Source: Silvanigrellales bacterium
Lineage (GTDB): Bacteria; Bdellovibrionota_B; Oligoflexia; Silvanigrellales; Silvanigrellaceae
Direction of reading: 5' to 3'
DNA length: 29,006 bases
NCBI GenBank assembly: GCA_028285285.1
Contig: JANQPW010000048.1
Span: 1-29,006 of the forward strand
A model generated the notes under the pieces. That model made no database searches. It was not told the origin of the DNA and saw only the letters and a list, made by a program, of their open reading frames with translations. Position 1 is the first letter of the stretch. Every line of letters begins with the position of its first letter. The translations under genes and the position numbers were made by a program. Positions 25,366 through 29,006 of this stretch are shown here, in pieces.

Positions 25366-27366
25366 ATGCGTGTTTTCTGGAGATATTCAACTGTGGTTTT
25401 GTTCTCAAGTGTGGCTCTGCTGGCTTTAGGGTTGCAGAGGGCTCTTGCGTGTGACGACTCTAACGTGCCTGAGCCTCATTGGGTTCTTGGTGTTGGGAAG
25501 GCAGATGTGACGGGGCCAGCCTTGGGTGTTGTCATGATGGGTTACGTGGACCCTCAACAAAAAAGCAGCGGTATTCACATGCGTCAGTGGTCTCGGGCTT
25601 TTGTGCTGGAAGAGCCCTGCGATGGAGATCGGGTAGCGATTGCTGTGGTCGACGTGGCACAGATTTTTGGAAACGTGAAGCAGAGGGTGATCTCTCGGCT
25701 TCAGGAGCTTTTGCCTGGAGTGTATGACCAGCACAACACCATTGTGACCGCCACCCACACACACAACGGCCCGGGAGGATATGCTGGCCGATGGATGTAC
25801 AACCTCACTTCTTCGGGGCCGCAACGAGATAGTGTTGAGCCTCTCGTTGAGGGCATCGCCCAGTCTATTGCCGCGGCACACGAGAGCCGAATTGAGTCTC
25901 GTGTTTGGATGCATCAGTCATCGCTTTCTGGGGCGGGCTTCAACCGCTCCGAGCCGGCCTATAGGGCCAACCCTCAAGAAGAGCGCGAGGCCTACGGCGG
26001 TGATGTTGACGAGGAGTTTGTGCTTCTTCGCTTTGAGAACACAGCCGGTGAACCTTTGGGCTCGGTGAACTGGTTTGCGGTCCATCCTGTTTCCCTTTCT
26101 GCTCTTGTGTCTGTTATTAGTGGAGACAATAAAGGCCTTGCCGCTTATCTGTTCGAAAAGCGATTTCAGGAGATCGGTCGGGAAGGTTTTGTCGGTGCGT
26201 TTGCACAGAGCAATAGTGGTGATGTCAGCCCCTATCCGGTGACGGGGCCTCAGGAAGACGATTTTGTGAGAAACAAAAGAAACGCGGTACTGCAGTTTGA
26301 AAAAGCCACTGAGTCATGGGAAAACGCAGAGACAGAGCTCAATCCGCGTTTGGAGATGGTCAGTGTGGCAGTTGATATGAGCAGCTACCAATTTCAAGCA
26401 AAACATTTGCCAGGGCCGGTTTCAACTTGTTCTTCAGCGTTGGGAGTTGCCTTTGCTGCTGGAACAGAAAATGGTTCGCCTTTTCCGCTCTTTAATGAAG
26501 GAACAGTTTATGGTGACAATTGGCCAAAGATCACGTTGCTCCCTGCTTTGCAAAAGTGCCATGGAGCTAAACCAATACTTCTGCCAACGGGTATAATGCC
26601 AACGCCTTGGACAGATAATGTTCTGCCATTTCAGCTTCTTCGTATAGGTAACGTTGTGATAGCGGCAATTCCTAGCGAAATCAATACAATGGCAGGAAGA
26701 AGGCTGCGAGCTGCCTTGACTGCCGTTTTTGAGAACTCCGGCGTGGAAAACCCTACGGTTGTGCTGGCAGCGCTTTCCAATGCTTTTGCTCACTATGTCG
26801 CCACTCCCGAGGAATACAGCATGCAGCACTATGAGGGAGCATCAACCTTGTACGGTGAGCACACCTTGGACGCATTTATCGATATCTTTGAGAGACTGGC
26901 TGGAGATCTCCTTGGAGAGCCTCATGGGCTTCCGGTGGTTGAACTTCCTCCGTGGGAAGAAACAGAAATTGAGCTCCGCGTGTTTGTGGACAGATTGCCA
27001 GACGGTGCTGTGTTTGGAGAAGTGATCGATCAGCCGCAAGTGGCTGTCGCTCGAGGAAACAAGGCTGTGGCACGATTTTGGAGCGCTCATCCCCGTCAAA
27101 ACTTTAGGTCGAGAGACAGTTTTGTTTCGGTTCAACGCCTCGCAGGAGAGAGCTGGCTCGAGGTGTGGTCAGACAACGATCCCGACACTATCGTTCAATG
27201 GAATCGCGATCGCCGAAAAAGAACTCAGGCCGAGATTGAGTGGCATGTTTCAGCTGAGACACTTCCCGGATCATACCGTATATGCCACAGTGGTTGGAGT
27301 CGGTTAAAGCGTCAAGCGCAGCCAAGTTCTTTCACTGGCTGCACATTGCCATTTGCTATTGAATGA
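25366..27366 (+). CDS. Neutral/alkaline non-lysosomal ceramidase, secreted
   Basis: GKADVTGP, GIHMRQWSRAF, ATHTHNGPGG, NWFAVHP, GDNKG, QSNSGDVSP, YEGASTLYG; signal peptide from ATG 25366 (GGAGGG RBS). Confidence 0.92.
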   Translation: MRVFWRYSTVVLFSSVALLALGLQRALACDDSNVPEPHWVLGVGKADVTGPALGVVMMGYVDPQQKSSGIHMRQWSRAFVLEEPCDGDRVAIAVVDVAQIFGNVKQRVISRLQELLPGVYDQHNTIVTATHTHNGPGGYAGRWMYNLTSSGPQRDSVEPLVEGIAQSIAAAHESRIESRVWMHQSSLSGAGFNRSEPAYRANPQEEREAYGGDVDEEFVLLRFENTAGEPLGSVNWFAVHPVSLSALVSVISGDNKGLAAYLFEKRFQEIGREGFVGAFAQSNSGDVSPYPVTGPQEDDFVRNKRNAVLQFEKATESWENAETELNPRLEMVSVAVDMSSYQFQAKHLPGPVSTCSSALGVAFAAGTENGSPFPLFNEGTVYGDNWPKITLLPALQKCHGAKPILLPTGIMPTPWTDNVLPFQLLRIGNVVIAAIPSEINTMAGRRLRAALTAVFENSGVENPTVVLAALSNAFAHYVATPEEYSMQHYEGASTLYGEHTLDAFIDIFERLAGDLLGEPHGLPVVELPPWEETEIELRVFVDRLPDGAVFGEVIDQPQVAVARGNKAVARFWSAHPRQNFRSRDSFVSVQRLAGESWLEVWSDNDPDTIVQWNRDRRKRTQAEIEWHVSAETLPGSYRICHSGWSRLKRQAQPSSFTGCTLPFAIE

Positions 27367-27377
27367 TGGAGTAGCTT

Positions 27378-28682
27378 GTGAGGCGGCGAAATTGGGCCGG
27401 AAACCTGAAGTTTTCACAATCACGCACGGAGTCGCCGCGCAGTTTGGAAGAGCTCTGCAGGGTTGTTCGAGAAGCACCGCTGGTCAAGGCGCTTGGGTCG
27501 GGTCATAGTTTTTCTGATGTGGCCAATTCGCAAGGTGTTTTGATTCTCACCGACAACCTGAAACAGGTGCTTGATGTGGACCCTCATCGGGGACTCGTTC
27601 GTGTCGAGGCCGGGATAAAACTTTTTGAGTTGAATTCCTTATTGCATCAGCATGGCTTGTGTCTCCCCAGCTTGGGAGATATTGACCGACAGTCTTTGGC
27701 GGGTGTTGTTTCTACCGGAACACATGGAACTGGAATGGCTTGGGGTTCCTTTTCAGACGAGGAAGTCGTTCGAGGAATAGACCTGGTTTTAGCAAACGGT
27801 GAACTGCTTTCACTGTCGGCAGATCGTGAAGGTGATCGTGAGGCTCTTCGGGCCGCACGTTTGTCTTTGGGAACTTTGGGAGTCATTCATGCAATCACGC
27901 TTCAAGCGGCTCCGGCGCATCGGCTCGAGCATCGATCGAGTGTGATGTCTCTGACCGATGCGCTCCAACCCAAACATTATTTGGAAAATGATCACTTCGA
28001 GTTTTTTTCTTTTCCGTATTCCGATCAAGTGTTGGCAATTTTTAGAAACAAAACAGACGAACCTTTAAGGCAAAGAAGTGTTGCTCGTTTTTTTAACGAC
28101 ATTGTGATGGAGAATTGGGTGTTGGAGTCGGTGTTGCGCTTGTCTTCCCGACGTCCTTCGACCATTCGAAAGCTCATGCCGCTTCTGCCACGACTAGCGG
28201 GCGAAACCCAGTATGTGGACCATTCGCATCGGGTGATGATTGCGACACGTAGCGGAAAGTTTTACGAAACGGAGTATGCGTTTCCCATTTCACTTGCTGC
28301 AGATGCGCTTCAGGCTCATGCGAATGTTTGTGAGCATCACGCAGGATCGTCTTCTGATTTTTACCCCAACTACCCAACTGAGGTTCGCTTCACACGTGAG
28401 GATCGTGGAAACATGCTTTCACCCACGCAAGGAGAACCCTCGGTTTTCGTTTCTGTCCACACCCATCCGGCTTTTGGGCAGGGTTATCGAAGCTTCTTTG
28501 AAGACTTGTCTCGTGAGTTTTCAGCGTTGGGTGGTCGACCTCATTGGGGTAAACTCTTCTGGGAGAATCCCCGTAAAACATATGAAGAGTTCCCGGCCTT
28601 TTTAAAGCACCGAGAGGAGTGTGATCCTGGGGGTAAATTTCTCAATCCCTTTTTCAAGAGATTAATGGAAGAGAACACTTGA
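27378..28682 (+). CDS. FAD-linked oxidase, D-arabinono-1,4-lactone oxidase family (SphC-like)
   Basis: NWAGN, GSGHSFS, STGTHGTG, EVRF, GGRPHWGK. Confidence 0.88.
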   Translation: MRRRNWAGNLKFSQSRTESPRSLEELCRVVREAPLVKALGSGHSFSDVANSQGVLILTDNLKQVLDVDPHRGLVRVEAGIKLFELNSLLHQHGLCLPSLGDIDRQSLAGVVSTGTHGTGMAWGSFSDEEVVRGIDLVLANGELLSLSADREGDREALRAARLSLGTLGVIHAITLQAAPAHRLEHRSSVMSLTDALQPKHYLENDHFEFFSFPYSDQVLAIFRNKTDEPLRQRSVARFFNDIVMENWVLESVLRLSSRRPSTIRKLMPLLPRLAGETQYVDHSHRVMIATRSGKFYETEYAFPISLAADALQAHANVCEHHAGSSSDFYPNYPTEVRFTREDRGNMLSPTQGEPSVFVSVHTHPAFGQGYRSFFEDLSREFSALGGRPHWGKLFWENPRKTYEEFPAFLKHREECDPGGKFLNPFFKRLMEENT

Positions 28683-28683
28683 C

Positions 28684-29006
28684 ATGATTGACTTCGCTAC
28701 TTTGGCAAAGGAGCTGCGGACACATCACCTCCCACTCGCTTTTGTTGATCTTGATGCGCTCGACGCCAATGCCCAGCATCTCGTTGAGCGTGCCAATGGG
28801 TATTCCATTCGAATGGCCTCGAAGTCGCTTCGCTGCGTCTCTCTGATGAGAAGGGTGTTTGAAAAGCAGTCACAATTTCGTGGCTTGCTGGCCTATTCAG
28901 CGGCTGAGGCGGCGCAGCTCGCACACTCGGGATTTGACGACATTGTGATCGCCTATCCGTCAGTGGATGGTCCGGATCTTCACCAGGCGGCCGAGGTGAG
29001 TGAGAG
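28684..29006 (+). CDS. PLP-dependent alanine-racemase-fold amino-acid aldolase/deaminase (SphD-like), partial, runs off the window
   Basis: Not in the ORF track. Translated by hand from ATG 28684: MIDFATLAKELRTHHLPLAFVDLDALDANAQHLVERANGYSIRMASKSLRC...GFDDIVIAYP, with the PLP lysine in ASKSLRC. Confidence 0.85.
   Translation, partial: MIDFATLAKELRTHHLPLAFVDLDALDANAQHLVERANGYSIRMASKSLRCVSLMRRVFEKQSQFRGLLAYSAAEAAQLAHSGFDDIVIAYPSVDGPDLHQAAEVSE

Noticed and set aside
2574-28924. The many short ORFs overlapping or antisense to the called genes (e.g. 2574..3104, 5605..5991, 9589..10179, 17284..17841, 25426..25914)
   Set aside because: They lie within genes that have clear family motifs, and show no motifs or RBS of their own; treated as shadow ORFs.
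1-29006. CRISPR array, rRNA, tRNA, prophage genes
   Set aside because: No regularly spaced nucleotide repeats, RNA gene signatures or phage structural motifs seen.

Overview
The window is about 50% GC and has no rRNA, tRNA or CRISPR. Left edge (1-1130): a frameshifted IS66 tnpB remnant and a HigBA-type toxin-antitoxin pair with a perfect palindromic operator. Core (about 1.6-20.8 kb): a light-sensing/buoyancy neighbourhood. It holds an aromatic amino-acid ammonia-lyase and an acyl-CoA ligase transcribed divergently from a photoactive yellow protein (PYP; Y42, E46 and C69 equivalents intact). PYP is followed by a small coiled-coil protein with three repeats at a 26-aa period. Next come a soluble CheA-like kinase lacking the CheW/P5 domain, coupled to a degenerate HemA-like protein, and, divergent from the kinase, a 12-gene gas vesicle cluster (gvpA, a GvpC-position protein, gvpN, GvpV-like, CDC48-like ATPase, gvpF, gvpG, tandem ArsA/Get3-type ATPase, GvpS-like, gvpK, gvpJ, second GvpL/F). 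A protein with a CheZ-like DxxxQ C-terminus follows. The ammonia-lyase has PAL-type rather than TAL-type specificity residues. Sigma28/FliA-like promoters lie upstream of pyp, gvpA, the TA pair and an S8 protease. Right part: four predicted lipoproteins (DUF1080, acidic Pro-rich, Cys-repeat, S8 protease), then a ceramidase, FAD lactone-oxidase-like and PLP aldolase-like run of genes resembling sphingolipid catabolism. The gene content suggests a Bdellovibrionota-like host, but this is inference. All family calls come from motif recognition by eye; no searches were run.
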